Source: Eledone cirrhosa
Taxonomy: Eukaryota
Assembly: GCA_964016885.1 (NCBI GenBank)
Contig: OZ024740.1
Location: 399,962,001 to 400,026,000, forward strand
DNA length: 64,000 nt
Reading direction: 5' to 3'
Shown here: piece by piece, positions 14,401 through 29,119 of the stretch
How the letters are laid out: each line of letters begins with the position of its first letter
Numbering within the stretch: the first letter of the stretch is position 1
Notes under the pieces: generated by a model
The model's input: the letters and a program-made list of their open reading frames with translations, nothing else
Told to the model about the DNA's origin: nothing
Databases searched by the model: none
Made by a program: the position numbers and the translations under genes

Positions 14401-14449
14401 ATATATGGAGAGTAAAATGAAGTACAGAAACCATGAGAAAATGAAGTGA

Positions 14450-14520
14450 TTTTGTATTTGCAAGTTTCTTGATATAAACTCGTGTTGAAACATATTAAAC
14501 TTTGGAAGGGTCATGCTGCT

Positions 14521-14562
<42 letters not shown>

Positions 14563-14590
14563 ACCAGTTGGTTTGACAACGGTTTTATTA
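14450..14590 (-). mobile_element. Diverged 3'-terminal fragment of the PLE copy 1/2 family with an internal (CA)n expansion
   Basis: tttgtatttgcaag..cgtgttgaaacatattaaactttggaagggtcatgctgc(ac)n accagttg aligns by eye to 29134-29232. Confidence 0.75.
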
Positions 14591-14640
14591 TTAGTCAAGT
14601 AATTAACTGAGGATTGGATTAGTTACCAGATTAATATATT

Positions 14641-14829
14641 TGTTTCTACTTTTGGCACAAGGCCAGCAATTACTCAGTTCATTACTGGTACCTTAATTTA
14701 TCGACCCCGTAAGGATGAAAGACAAAGTTAACCTCGACGGGATTTGAACTCAGATCATAAAGGGACGTAACTCTATGCGTCAAAGCATGGTGTCCGATCC
14801 TCTACCGATACTGCCAATCCACCACCGCC
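14641..14829 (-). mobile_element. SINE, same family (short variant)
   Basis: Same core; B-box-like gagttcaaatccc on the minus strand. Confidence 0.85.
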
Positions 14830-14929
14830 ATTAATAATTGCTTCTGACTTAGGCTGGCCAACAATTTTTTGGGAGAGGAAAGTCGATTAAATCAACCCCA
14901 GTGTGTTACTGGTACTTTATTGGTTTTAT

Positions 14930-15200
14930 GCCTGAAATCGTTCAGCTCGCGTTCATCTCAGTCCGTCAAAGATCGAATTGTGGTTTTGTTATCACGCAAC
15001 ACCTCCGCCACGTGGGCCCATCAAACAACTTTGGTTCCCTCGTTTCTTAGAGCACGCACTTTAGCTCTGACAATGCAACCTTCGTGTTTCGCATTGAAGA
15101 AGTCGTCTAATGCCGTTCTCGCCGCTAGTATGTCAGTTGCAATGCCATTAATAATAGCCTCGTCTAATTTACCTACCAGCCACTACCTCCTTTCTATTTT
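14930..15200 (-). mobile_element. Internal fragment of a Tx1-like ORF2 between two SINE pieces
   Basis: Minus strand reads LVGKLDEAII..FFNAKHEGCIVRAKVRALRN, homologous to 46690-46930 (KHEVCIVRAKARALRN). Confidence 0.8.
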
Positions 15201-15212
15201 TCTTAATATTAA

Positions 15213-15398
15213 TTGTTTTTACTTTTGGCACAAGGCCAGCAATTATCCCAGTGTATTACTGGTACTTTATTTTATCGACCCCGTAAGGATGAAAGGCAAA
15301 GTTAACCTCGCCGAGATCTGAACTCAGACCATAAAGGGCCGTAACTCTTTGCTGCAAGGCATGGGGTCCGACCCTCTACCGATACTGTCTATCCACCA
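15213..15398 (-). mobile_element. SINE (short variant)
   Basis: Family core sequence. Confidence 0.85.
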
Positions 15399-15828
15399 TT
15401 TTTCTTAATAATAATAATATGCCAATATGGAGGTCAGCTGTGGAACATATGTGGATTTTTCTTTTAAGATCAGCAGGAAAATATTGATTGATGACTGCTT
15501 TGAAACCTAAAATTCTCAAGTCTGATTATAAACTTACGTTTGCACCCGTAAACATTCAGTATGCGTTTTGTAAATTCAATTTGTAAATACGCGAAACCTT
15601 CGAAAATTCAATGACTTACTATTTATACTTGTTATCTAAATCTTATTAAGGGATCTTTGTTTCTTATTTATAAAACAGCTCTTTATATGAAAGATTTAAA
15701 ACATATATATGAATAAATAAACATGCATCCACTTCCCCTACACCACACACACACACACACGTACACACACATATTAGTATATTACTAACAAAGCCCTAGT
15801 AAAGACGGAAATGTGGTTGTTATTTAAA

Positions 15829-16015
15829 GGGCGGTGAATTGGCAGTATCGGTAGAGGGTCGGACGCCATGCTTTGCAGCACCGAGTTACGGCCCTTTATG
15901 GTCTGAGTTCAAATCCCGCCGAGGTTAACTTTTCCTTTCATCCATACGGGGTCGATATAATAAAGTACCAGTAATGCACTAGGGTAATTGCTGGCATTGT
16001 GCCAAAAATAGAACC
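15829..16015 (+). mobile_element. SINE (short variant), near full length
   Basis: ggcggtgaattggcagtatcggtag (A-box-like)...gagttcaaatccc (B-box-like)...ctttcatcc.tacggggtcgat..aagtaccagt...gtgccaaaa. Confidence 0.88.
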
Positions 16016-17287
16016 ATTTATTTAAGTCTACCTTATACAATGGATTTTCTTTATTGAAGACGGTGAGGTGAAATCTGAGAAAGATTTAGTTACTATTCCT
16101 AATATGTCGACTATGTACAGGTTCTTTCATTGTGTATATGTGTGATATATGTGTGTGTTTGTCCCCTTTTGATACCAAGTCACCAGAATCCGTTCTAATT
16201 TTATGATACAAAACTGACCGTTTTAAAGTGTTCATAATTATATTAAAACATTCCAACATAATTTATACAAAAATCTTTTATTAAGCAGTTTCTAACAACA
16301 GCTAAATAATCAGAAAGTCATACATTTTACTAAATTCCGTCATATTTTGGAATATTTTTTCCAAATTAATTGAAACAACTATCTGTCTTCTAATTGTTTG
16401 CATGTCTATCTGTCTATCTAACTGGTTATCTCTCTGTCTGCCTGTCTGATTTTTTTATTTGTATCTAGCTCAACCACTACGCCCTTTCTCTACCCCTACA
16501 CATATACAGACTCACATTTCTCACATTTCCTCTTGATACCAGCAGTTTCTCGAACGTTTAAACAGCGGGTAATAGAATTTATTTACTTAGCAACCGGTCA
16601 ATAAATAAAACAGTTAGATCATATACCACTGCCAACAAGGGGGTCACTGTTACACCAAAAGAACTATATTATACACTCATACGCATACATAAATATACAT
16701 AAGAACATACACATATATACATATATATTTGATATTTATCTGTGTATATTATATATATTTATATGTGTGTGTGTGTGTGTGTGTGTGTATGTGAGTGAGT
16801 GTGTATATATATATAATTATATGAACATGTATATACATACATCTAAACTAAATATAACCAAAACGATTTGTCTTTACATATGTTCCCCAAAAGTGGGGCT
16901 GGTGGCGAAAGCGTTGTACAAGATGTCTCAGTAAGTTACTGACGGTTTTAATTGGTAAGTAAGTACTGAAAGACTGGCTCATCTGTAACCAATTGGCACT
17001 TGAAGAAATTTCTGTCAATACTTCCCAGCGGTACTCCTAAACCACGTGCAATGTTATAATCTCTGACACGTTCGTATTAACACTAAATCGTGTACAAACA
17101 TTTAGATCAAATCACTGGAAGAAACCATTAATTACCAACATACATATTCATATATACATACATAGAGAGTCAACATATATGAGAGAGATCTTGTTGATGC
17201 TACTCATATTTCTGAAATATATCTATATCTATATATATATATATATACATATATATATACATACATACACACACACACACACACATA

Positions 17288-17332
<45 letters not shown>

Positions 17333-17336
<4 letters not shown>

Positions 17337-17687
17337 CGGGCAAAATCCCGAGATCCATGGACGAGTTCTCTCCAGCGGTCTCTGCCCTTCATCCTTGCCG
17401 CCGCGTCCTGCGTCTCCAAGAGGCCAGTGTCTGTCCTTAGGGCATCAACATATGTCAACCTCGGTCTTCCTCTCCCAGTGTGTCCATGTAGGGGAACCCA
17501 CAGGAGCACTCAGTACAGTGTCAACTCTGAATGTCGGTGAGCATGTCCAGCTAACCTCAGTCTCTTCTGTGCTACTTTCGAGCTGACTTTTGGGAGGCTC
17601 CCGTACAGCGCTGAGTTCTTCATCCTCAGTGTATACTGATTAATGTTCAAAGCCATCCTCAGCATTCTCCTGTAGCACCCATCGACA
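17333..17687 (-). mobile_element. RTE-type LINE 3' end, 5'-truncated, abutting (TA)n
   Basis: DGCYRRMLRMALNI...KRLRLAGH...[16 protein letters not shown]...RDRWR; ORFs 17510..17779 and 17204..17509 are contiguous across one stop. Confidence 0.88.
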
Positions 17688-18546
17688 TACATACATATAA
17701 TGCGCACCTGTGATTTTGTGTATGTACATTTGTGTTTCATATGGTAACTAAATGGATATGAATACTCGGATCGAACCAATTTAGTTGTTGAATTATTTTA
17801 TACATCCATGCATAGTCAAATGTATAACATACATAAATATCTGTTCCTCTTGAACCAATCACAAACATGCAAATTCTCACACATTCACCTAGAGACGTAT
17901 ATAGAATTTTAAATACATAATTGATACATCAGGATGAGAAGCTATTTCTATATATGTATATACATACACACACACATACACACGAATACACACAAACACG
18001 CACACACATACACACACACACACGCGCACATACACATATATATATTCGATTCTTTATTTCTTTTTACTTCAGTTTTTAGATTGCGGCTATACATGTATGT
18101 ATGTATGTATTATGTATGTATGTGTTTGTATGTATGTATGTATGTATGTATGTATGTATATACATCCATATATATATGTTATATTTGTATTTAGTTTCTA
18201 CATATGTACCGAAAACTTGGCACTTTAAGACTTCTGACTGTGTCTAGAGTCTTCTTCTAAAGTATCCATGTTTCAATTATGCCCAGCAACCTATATAATA
18301 ATTCTTGAATAAATATTTGTATTAAAGTTCACTTAAAACACATAGATTGCCGGAATATGTCTCTATTTACAAGTAATACCACATGTTGTAAAGACTTCTA
18401 TCATAACCTTCTCGTATGGTTTTAATTTTTTGATAGCCAAATCGTTGAAGTGGTAATATATTCCAAGGTACTATTTGCTTGGGAAATTTCACCTACTGGA
18501 TTAGTAATTAAATTCAATTTAAATTTCAGACTTACATTCGTAAGGC

Positions 18547-18647
<101 letters not shown>

Positions 18648-18660
18648 CATATACACACAC

Positions 18661-18747
<87 letters not shown>

Positions 18748-19338
18748 AATACAATATGTTGATTTTAAAGTGCCCAGGATTTACTCTCCTTTAAGCACAT
18801 TATTTACAGGGAACGGCGAGAGTCTATGGCTCCGTTAATGTATCGTGATATATATATATATATATATATATATGAAAAAATGGGGAGAAGAATACTGCAT
18901 GGTTGCACATGGATAACATGTTATAAAATGAGTCCCTCATCAGTGATTTACCAACGGTCATAGGTATTTCATTGCATTAAAAATCATATACCTCACGTTA
19001 GCGCAATAATAACTAAAATAAGTTATTAGGACGATTAAAACGCGTAAAGCGAGTGAGACAAGTAAACAACACAGAGGAAAGCTAACCGAAGATAGGAAAG
19101 ACACAAGCTACATAGTTATTCTATCAGTGTAAGCTGGGTGAATATATGAGCGAGTAGAAAATAGACCTTTCGAGATGAATCCAATGTAAGAAAGAAGGAA
19201 AATCGTTAACATCGCGAATGGGGGGAAGTGAGAAGGGGAGAAACAGTGGGTGAGTGAGTGGAAGTGTGAGGAAGAGGTCAGTAGAGAGAAAATGTTAACT
19301 GACATGCCAGAGGGGACGAAAGAATATATATATATATA

Positions 19339-19419
<81 letters not shown>

Positions 19420-19428
19420 ATATATATA

Positions 19429-19460
<32 letters not shown>

Positions 19461-19470
19461 CATATATATA

Positions 19471-19511
<41 letters not shown>

Positions 19512-19520
19512 ATATATATA

Positions 19521-19552
<32 letters not shown>

Positions 19553-19562
19553 CATATATATA

Positions 19563-19622
<60 letters not shown>

Positions 19623-19688
19623 CATACATATATATATACATACATATATATATATACATATACATACGTAGATATATACATACATATA

Positions 19689-19735
<47 letters not shown>

Positions 19736-19740
<5 letters not shown>

Positions 19741-19827
19741 CAAGGTTTAGCAAATAAGAAAAAGTTTAAAAACAAATTTAAAAAGTTGACTGTACCTGCT
19801 TTTTCTTATTTGCTAAACCTTGATTAT
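19736..19827. repeat. 29-bp inverted repeat with a 34-bp spacer adjoining (TA)n
   Basis: atgatcaaggtttagcaaataagaaaaag ... ctttttcttatttgctaaaccttgattat. Confidence 0.85.
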
Positions 19828-19934
19828 ATATGTTCTGGCTCGTTAATTTATTAACCTGCCATAGAACCACATTGGCATACGGTTGGATAATACATGTGTC
19901 CCTATATGCATTTTGAATGTAGGGAAACATACTT

Positions 19935-19983
<49 letters not shown>

Positions 19984-20137
19984 CACTACATGACTGAATA
20001 TAATAAATGTAATCTGAGTTTTTCGAATATTAATAATAACATTCGATTCATTTGCAATTATGCAAACAAGCCTCATTTTTAAAGCCATGTCAGTAGAATG
20101 AGCCCCTCATTCTGGATCTTGTGTTGGCATGTAAACA

Positions 20138-20187
20138 GAACTGCAGACACTAATGTTTCTGGGTATTACCCTTCATCAGTACAGTTC
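20138..20187 (-). ncRNA. Type I hammerhead ribozyme, intact core
   Basis: Minus strand: gaactgta CTGATGA a-gggt-aat-accc-a GAAAC attagt GTC tgcagttc; 8-bp stem I, predicted GUC cleavage site. Confidence 0.92.
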
Positions 20188-20295
20188 ACTGTTCACCTGC
20201 CATCTACTAATATGGAAATCAGGCCGATCAGTCACTGTATATTTTAGAAAATATCATATATTTTCACTAGCTCTGACAGTTGGCAGGTGAACAGT

Positions 20296-20345
20296 GAACT
20301 GTACTGATGAAGGGTAATAGCCAGAAACATTAGTGTGTGCAGTTC
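20296..20345 (+). ncRNA. Hammerhead copy, probably inactive
   Basis: Same motif, but stem II is mutated (gggtaatagcc) and the triplet is GTG rather than GTC. Confidence 0.8.
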
Positions 20346-20473
20346 TGTTTACATGCCAACACAAGAGCAAGAATTTTGGGCTCATTCTACTGACATGGAT
20401 TTAAACATGAGGCTTGTTTGCATAATTGCAAACGAATCGAATATTATTATTATATTCGAAAAACTCAGATTAC

Positions 20474-20544
<71 letters not shown>

Positions 20545-21084
20545 AAAAGGAAATTAAGGTTCTATACAAAACATTGGTTATAAAGAAAAGGTGAAATTGG
20601 AAATAGCACGGAAAATCTATTTAAGGGTGTGTTTTTCTTTTTTTTCCCTTCTTTGATTCGTCAAAATGAGAGGCACAATTTTATTTAAAAAGTTTTATAA
20701 TAAGGTATATAAAGTATATAAAGTATAACCGGTTTCGATGTATTAGTAAAATTCATCTTATCAAATGTTGAGTGTTACAATTAAAAGGAATTAATAAGAA
20801 TTAAAAACTAAAAATGAAAGATTTAAAATTAAGTGCTGAGAGTTTTTTTCATCATCCTTGTTGAGAAGGAGACTGGAAAAAATATATATGTTCATTGAAG
20901 TTTGGTGGTTCACCACTGGATAGAACTGGTCATTCCGTATAGTTAACCATGATCTAATAGTAGGGAAAGCACTCGAAGTTACGCCACTCATCCATTTTGA
21001 ATGTTGAATCCTGTTGGTGGTGCGGGAACGGAGTTAATTATTATTGAATAAAATGACAGCTTCTGTGTTCGTTACTAAAGGCAC

Positions 21085-21182
21085 TGTTCGAGAATGGAGA
21101 ACATATATAATGTTCGGAAAAAATTGTTCGTGAACCGATTTATTCGTGATGTGAGGCGTTCGTGAATCGAGGCTCCATTGTA
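21085..21182. mobile_element. pogo/Tigger-like MITE end
   Basis: Ends in gttcgtgaatcgaggctccattg-ta, the reverse complement of a CA.TGGA.CCTCG-type terminal repeat, with internal gttcgtga repeats. Confidence 0.55.
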
Positions 21183-21330
21183 TCTAAAAGAAATGCGAAT
21201 ATGGCGAAACTGGTGTAAAAAGAAGACGTCTACAACGACGTCGACGATGATGGTATACAAACACACATATGTATGTAGGTGTGTATGTGTATCTGCATAT
21301 ATATACTGTATATATATATATATACATATA

Positions 21331-21376
<46 letters not shown>

Positions 21377-21908
21377 ACAAAGATACATAACACACACATG
21401 CATATATATATATACATATATATGCATGTGTGTGTTATGTAACTTTGTAAATTTCGTTTGTATTTAATAGAACTTTAACTTAGCCGCATTGATTCCTTAT
21501 ATTTCAGCTTAAGGGTGTCTGTACGTAATAGTGATAAGAAATCTTTGATAAGTATTAAGAACTAAACTTATTAACGGAAGCTACTCTTTCACCTGGTGTC
21601 GGAATACTGCAAATATTTTAATAATATAAAACAATATTTAATTTCTTTTATTCTGTTTCTCTTCTCTGATTGTTATCGTTTGTCTCGGGACTTGAATTTT
21701 AGATGTATGTTTATTTTGGTGTATCTAGCTTAATACTTTTTTAAAATATGTATGCATATATATATATATATATAAACACACACATACACACATACACACA
21801 CACATATATATACACACATATTTATACATACACATATATATATATATATATATATTTATACATACATATATATATAAACATATATAAACATATAAATATA
21901 TATATATA

Positions 21909-22056
<148 letters not shown>

Positions 22057-22769
22057 GTACATATATATATGTACATATACATACATAGATATACATACAC
22101 ATATCTGTGTATGTTTGTACATTATAGGAAAACAAACTTGATACCATAAAAGTAAATAGGTGTAAAGCTTGGCAGATGTGATATCAATATTCATGAAGTG
22201 AGATATTCTATAAAAGCTCTTCCGCACTGGTGGCATATTTGTGGGCTATTTTAATTCTTCACCTACGCCCATTGTTTTCTTGTTTTGCTTTATTTTTTTT
22301 TTATTTATAAATTCTGGTATATATGCATATTGATATTTTAAATACTTATCGATATGAACAAGGCCGAACGAGTGAGTATGTTTAGCCTTTAGTTTATAGT
22401 TTGTTGATTCACTCCTAAGTGAAATTTCATTGATGTATGCTGGTAAATATTATCATGGAAGTCAATAGCTTACTAAGTTGCAAGAATGAATATTTGTGCG
22501 TCCATAGGCAGAGCATTTATCAGACAATGGTACAACCTACACATCTTTAAATAGGCACCAAGATAAAAGTAGTGTTCATCAATTCGACTGAGCTAGCTTG
22601 TATGTATGGACCGGTAATTCCTGATGAAACCGTAGGGCCGCTATCGTGACGGGATATTTAAAACTTGGCAGAGCCCTCTCCAGATATGAATACAACCTAT
22701 TTCTTAAAGAAATGGAAAGAGAGTGATAGAGAAGGAACGAGAAAGAGATATAAAGGAAGAATCGATCGC

Positions 22770-22885
22770 AGTTCAAGACTGGTACTTTTTATCGATCCCA
22801 TAGGATAAAAGGTAAAGTTGATTTCGGCGAGTTTTGAATTTAGAACGCAGAAAGCTGGAACGAATATAGCAAAGCATTCTATTCG
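22770..22885 (-). mobile_element. Old diverged SINE
   Basis: gactggtactttttatcgatcccataggataaaaggtaaagttga core. Confidence 0.7.
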
Positions 22886-23539
22886 ACATATTGTTAAAGA
22901 GCAACCTTTACGTAGTTAATTTATTGGCTAGAACTAATAGTTGAGTCTTATTAATATCTTACGCTACCGTCTTAATTTAAGGACACATTAAAAAATGTAT
23001 TCTAGATGTACAAGCAACTACGGTATATCTAGGATGCTTTTGATCATAGGTATGTTAAATAGAGGCTGTGTTGAAGATAAAGAAGAACAAAAGCAAACAT
23101 GGACACAGTTTAATTGTGACGTCTCTACTTGAAACGACAATGAAAATAATTCGATGGTTAAAAATACCACACAGTATACTTACACACATAAATATGCAAC
23201 ACACACCATCAAATTCTAACATAAACACATTCTAAATCACATTGATACTTAATAAGGAAGCCGGATGGGTCACCACTACCCTTTTGTATTTGCTACTTCT
23301 GGTAGTGAATTTAAACAATACACGTAAATACGACTTCACTTACAAATATAGTGAGAATCAAAGTAGTCAAAATACAATACATAAGCAAATCACACAAATC
23401 TAAATGTACTGAAAACAATACTAATGACCTAAAACTCCTTTGTAAAACTGAATAAAACATCACCGAAAACACTACATTTGCAAAAAAATAAATGATAGGC
23501 ACAACAGGGGGATTCTCTAAATCCTCAATTACATCAACA

Positions 23540-24100
23540 CAAGGCTGAATAAACAAAACCTTATATACACTAGAGGAGTATTAATGAAATACATATATTA
23601 ATTTATCTAGTACATATATATATATAAAAAATAACACTTGATCACTGATAGGGCACAAAACATATAGGTATTCAAAATAAAGGCCGGTTACATGAAACCT
23701 ATTAGCATAATAAATATATACATACTACTTCCAATTCCATCAAGTTTCCTACTAGGTTACACACAACTACAACAACGTAACCTACATTTGAACATTATAA
23801 TTGAAGATTACGCCAATAAACACAGCATATCCTGGTGGGTACAACAATACTACAGATAATGCAAAAGGGGCCCAAATAGCTTCACAGTGGATTCACTTTG
23901 TATCCTAAATTATTCACAAAAACATACTCATATATGATCTCAAGCTAATTAGAATAAGTTTCTCTAGGCATCACATTTTACTCCAAAGATCTGGCTACTA
24001 AAATAACATGGGAAACTCTAATCCTACGATTCTCTGACTATTTATGTAGCTATCTTCCTCACTTACACAGTAGTGTACAAAATAGAAAAATCTTTATAAA
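23540..24100 (+). mobile_element. Possible highly decayed LINE APE-endonuclease region
   Basis: Fragments translate as KPISIINIYI..SS..GY and ITWETL..FSD; weak support. Confidence 0.3.
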
Positions 24101-24689
24101 AGCCAACCGGCGATCTTCCCCACAAGATACAGAATTAAGGTTCACAGAATTTGTAACACCACAATTACCGATTTAAGCAGTACAGAATATACAATTGAAC
24201 AAATATTTTACAAGACTACATAACAAATAGAACCCTAATTAAACAACTGGAATAGCCAACTCAGTAAGAAAACAACAACAACATCAGCCCCAAACGGAAC
24301 AGCTTAACATCTCTGGCAACAGAACTCAGCGTGAAGAAACAATGAAACAGAGCGATAAATCAGAAAAGTAACCTTAAAGAAATAGAAAAACTAATGAACA
24401 TTTGTATTTAAGATACACAACAATACAAGTAATCTTCTCATATGTAAAATGGGTAGAGAGACGGATCGTGATTGGTGAGCCAGACTAAGTTGTCATTTGC
24501 AGTATTAGGGATTGCCTCCAGGCCTCCGGGAAAAAGACTGAGGGGCGAATCCTGAACAACATGCTGTACTGTTTGTTCAGGGTCCCCAGAGTCGCATGCT
24601 GGGTTATCTTTGCCATCGACAACTCCAACAATGCCCTCCTATTACAAGGAGGGCATTGACGTCAAGGGTTGTTCGGTGGGAACAACTCG

Positions 24690-25432
24690 TAGTGGATAGT
24701 ACCTTTCCCGTCACACAGTAAAATCTTGCGAGCGTGGCGACCAGCCATTGCTTGTCGTTGTGGCACACTCTCTTTATCAACCTACGATCGCTTGCGCTTG
24801 GTCTTAATGTAGAAACGACTTTTCATCTCCAGAGACAATGGAACGTAACAAGCTGGCCGTGCAATGGTAGGAGAATAGAGAAGTCGCAGCTGCTGCCCGA
24901 CATTCACGGTTACGGTCAATCAGATTGTGAGGCACCCATTGTTTTAGCTTGCACCTCTTCCCTATTGTATGCAATTGATTGAGGATGGTTGTTTTCGATG
25001 TCTGAAGCACGTTAAGTGTTGATGTGATGTCTGGCGAAGGTTGGCTTCCACCAGCTCACACAGTTGCTCGTCATTGAAGTTGGATGGATCTCCTGCGTCT
25101 TGTCCATCTTCAATGTCGTAATCACCGGAACTGAAGAGTGCGAATCACTTCCTGGCACTGCGTTCAGACATGATGCGTAACTAATGCACCGTTAATGTGA
25201 CGACTCGGTGCTTAGACCTGATTTGAAGTCATAAAGTAAACAGTCACGAATAAACGGTTTGGATAGATCCATGTTGCTATGCCTTTGACGGCGCAAGAGT
25301 TAATGAGAAATGCACATAGTACATACCAACGCAACTTCCTTATAAATGTGCGCATGCACAAACTTCAAAATTTCCAGTATCTCTACCAAAATACTTTTTG
25401 AAAAACGGCGAGCACTTTATGTCAAACACAAT
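24690..25432 (-). mobile_element. Decayed mariner: left TIR and N-terminal half of the transposase
   Basis: ATG at 25272 gives MDLSKPFIRDCLLYDFKSG; FSSGDYDIED; WVPH and IVSGDEK in ORF 24804..25010; TIR-like tattgtgtttgacataaagtgctcgccgtttt at 25402-25432 next to TA. Confidence 0.85.
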
Positions 25433-25536
25433 ATATACATACACAGACACACACACATACTCACGCATACACACACACACAAACACATACAGCCAGACAC
25501 AGACACACACGCACACGCACACTCACACACACACAG

Positions 25537-25656
<120 letters not shown>

Positions 25657-27796
25657 ATCTACGATGTTTCGAATGCTCTATACCTCATAAATAGGCAATG
25701 GAGTAGTAAAATGTAGAAGACAAGACATAAAATGTAAATTAAAATTTATGAAAGTTATAACTAGAAAAGCAGTTATGTACTGCGATTTATTCAGAAGAAA
25801 CACTCGTGTGTACATACACACATATATACATGTGCATATACATACATATATGAGAGAGAGAGAGAGAGAGAGAGGGGGGATAGTGTGTGTGTGAGAGAGA
25901 GAGAGAGGATAGAGAGAGAGGAAGAAAGAGATAGACTGAAAAATAAAAAAAGAAAGAAGGTAAAGAAGAAAAACAAAATAAGAAAAAAGTAAAACGAAGT
26001 AAAAGGTGAAGAAAAACATGGAAAGAGGAGTAGGAAAAAGAAAATAAGAAAGAGGAATATAGGAGGTAATTAAAATAAAGAAAGTTGAACTGAAGAGAGT
26101 AAGGGTGAAAAATTAAATGGGGAAACGGAAATATGAATTTAAAGCATGATTGAAAGAAAGATTGCAAATTAGATATGTAAATGTTAAAAGGAAAGAAAGA
26201 AAGTGACGGATCAAGTGAGTGATAGATGGAGCAGGGGGAGGAGAGAAGAGACAAGTATTTGTTATCTCTTAATAACGGAACTTCTCTTTTCCTATATGAC
26301 TACAAAACAAGAAAGAGAACCTTCAACACTTTTATTGCTTGTAAATATTGGTTAGATGTTATTTTCTGGAGTTTAATAATTCAATAATTATTCAAAAGCA
26401 TTCACTTGGGGATTCATTGGAAAATAAATTCTGAAATTGTTTAAAAATATATTTTAAAATGAATATTTGTTTTTGCAAAACAAATATTCATTAAAAAATA
26501 CTAAAAAAAAAGTATGAATAATAAAAAATAACAACAACCATCCTAACTTCCATCTTGAATCCTCTAAGGTAAAAACGGTAGCCTTGCTGTTAATGTTAAA
26601 GATTGTTGCTTGCACGTAAAGTATTCGACAGATATCAAATTTAATTACAAGGATTTCGGTTTGCTTTCCATTTCTTAGTTTGCAATTCCCATGTTTAATC
26701 ATTATGAAAGTGTTTGAAAAACAATTTGTATAGATTTAGTTATAGTTATGTTTATGTAGTTATTGTTACTTTAGTGTTGGTTGCCACTGTCGTTATTGTT
26801 ATTTGTTGTTTTCCACCATCGCTGGTGGTGGCGTTGTGTTTGTTTGTTTATTATTTACTTATCTGACGTCAATCTAAAAGTATTTCATTTCTCATTTGTG
26901 TCGTTTGCTTCGCCTGCACCGATAAGGTGTCTTTTTATCTTGGCTTGTTACACTGGGAAATAACTGATCGTATATTTAAACATTTCTTACGAATTTTCGA
27001 CATGCTTATTTTATTTCTCAAAAGAAGAAAATCACACTTGTGTGCTAGTTTAGCAATGTAATGAATTGTTTTAATGTGTTCTGTTTTATTCTGTTGTTTT
27101 ACGATTAGTTTTATTATGTACCCCTTGCTCTCTCTATATTAAAATTGTAAGTTCACTCCGACTATTGACAGCTGAGCCCTTTAACATTCGTTCTTGATAA
27201 ATATATAAGTTAAAAAAAGAAATAATAGAAGTAGAAACAAGAAAAAATAAACAAGAGAATCAGTGTTGAGTTTCATTTACTTTCGTTTGCATTGATTCTA
27301 TAATATTTGTTTCATTTAAACTACACTTTAAAAAAAAAATTAGTCTCAGTGGAAATTTACCCTTCATGTTGGAAGAATGGCACACTTATACTAACATTTA
27401 GCGCATCGTTGTAAGTTCTTTAGAACAAGAAGTAAGATTCTGGAGCGTTCGATTTGCAGCTGAGGTTCGATTTTTTAAAACCCACTTTCTTTTACCTCTA
27501 AAAATATAAATGTCACAACTTCACATTTGGATCTTCAATGGAAGCCTTTCGTGTGTTTGGTAAAAAGAAATGAACGATAATATCACAGGCAGAAGCTGTA
27601 GAACTTTCTTGCAATATTTAATTTTGTTTCTCTAGGTGTCAATACAACATGCTTCATTTACCCTTAAGCATTTACATTACTCTATATATTTTCACGGTCA
27701 AGGCTTTACCTCACACAATTATCTCACATAATATCGAATCTATGAGATTTTGATATAATTTATTTTGAGAACAATACCTTAACATCAGTATGAGTG

Positions 27797-27875
27797 GCCG
27801 GTTACAGCAGGTTTGAACTGGAAGAGTTGAGAGAATTCTGTCCGGATACGGCCGGTTTAAATGCTAAAGGGTTAA
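27797..27875. mobile_element. piggyBac-like MITE terminus
   Basis: Ends in ggccggtttaaatgctaaaggg-ttaa (TTAA target, CCC terminus on the minus strand). Confidence 0.5.
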
Positions 27876-28133
27876 GGTAACTCAAACATATTCAAAACAA
27901 AATTGCACTGCAAAATAAAATTATTGCTTTGTCCTAAATCAGAAGAAATCATTATTTGCCACAATATGATAATAAAACTGCTAAACATTTTTTTCACTTC
28001 AAAGATATAACAAGCTGTTTCTGAATGCGTTTTGTACACTGATTCCAAATGTGTCTATAGCTTTTCCGTAGCGTGTCTAATTTTAAAAATACGACTGCAG
28101 CGTTTCTCTCAAATTTATCCATACTTTAGGTGT

Positions 28134-28163
28134 AACTAGCAGAATGGCCCGGCATTGCTCGGG
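28134..28163. mobile_element. Helitron/Helentron-like terminus joined to a family C fragment
   Basis: aactagcagaatggcccggcattgctcggg (ctag plus GC hairpin); the following 28164-28214 matches 34478-34528. Confidence 0.45.
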
Positions 28164-28274
28164 ATTTGTTCTAGGGTTCTTATATATTTGATATATATTT
28201 ATGCTTATCGAGCCGCGTGAAATAAATAAGTTTGTTTATATTTTGTTATTGTCTATGCAAAAATATCTGTACAC

Positions 28275-28333
<59 letters not shown>

Positions 28334-28337
<4 letters not shown>

Positions 28338-28470
28338 AAAAAGTATGACCCCGTTTCGACGGCTATTTCAGAAATAGCCGTCGAAACGGCTTGAGCTCTG
28401 CCGTTGGGATCATACTTTTTCCTATTTCCCACTCTACTACCCTAAGTATTGAGTACTCTGGTGCGTTATA
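28334..28470. mobile_element. Family A fold-back half-hammerhead element in (TA)n
   Basis: Imperfect palindrome centred on 28370 (gacggctatttc-a-gaaatagccgtc), then GAAACGGC ttgagctct GCCGTT, then the family tail. Confidence 0.88.
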
Positions 28471-28479
28471 ATATAAAAA

Positions 28480-29119
<640 letters not shown>

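Larger units (their letters stand above)
20003..20480. mobile_element. Head-to-head inverted element (arms about 200 bp, 78-bp spacer) with an HHR in each arm, TA-flanked
   Basis: 20003-20202 is the reverse complement of 20281-20480 with scattered mismatches. Confidence 0.9.

Noticed and set aside
15829-15920. tRNA gene
   Set aside because: The A/B-box-like motifs belong to a SINE head; no cloverleaf.
20722-20770. Minus-strand ttgataa-gatg..catc-GAAAC-CG-GTT
   Set aside because: Possibly a decayed HHR, but it has two core mismatches and no good stem I.
22615-22660. ctgatga motif (also on the minus strand near 18945)
   Set aside because: No correctly spaced stem II, GAAA and UH.
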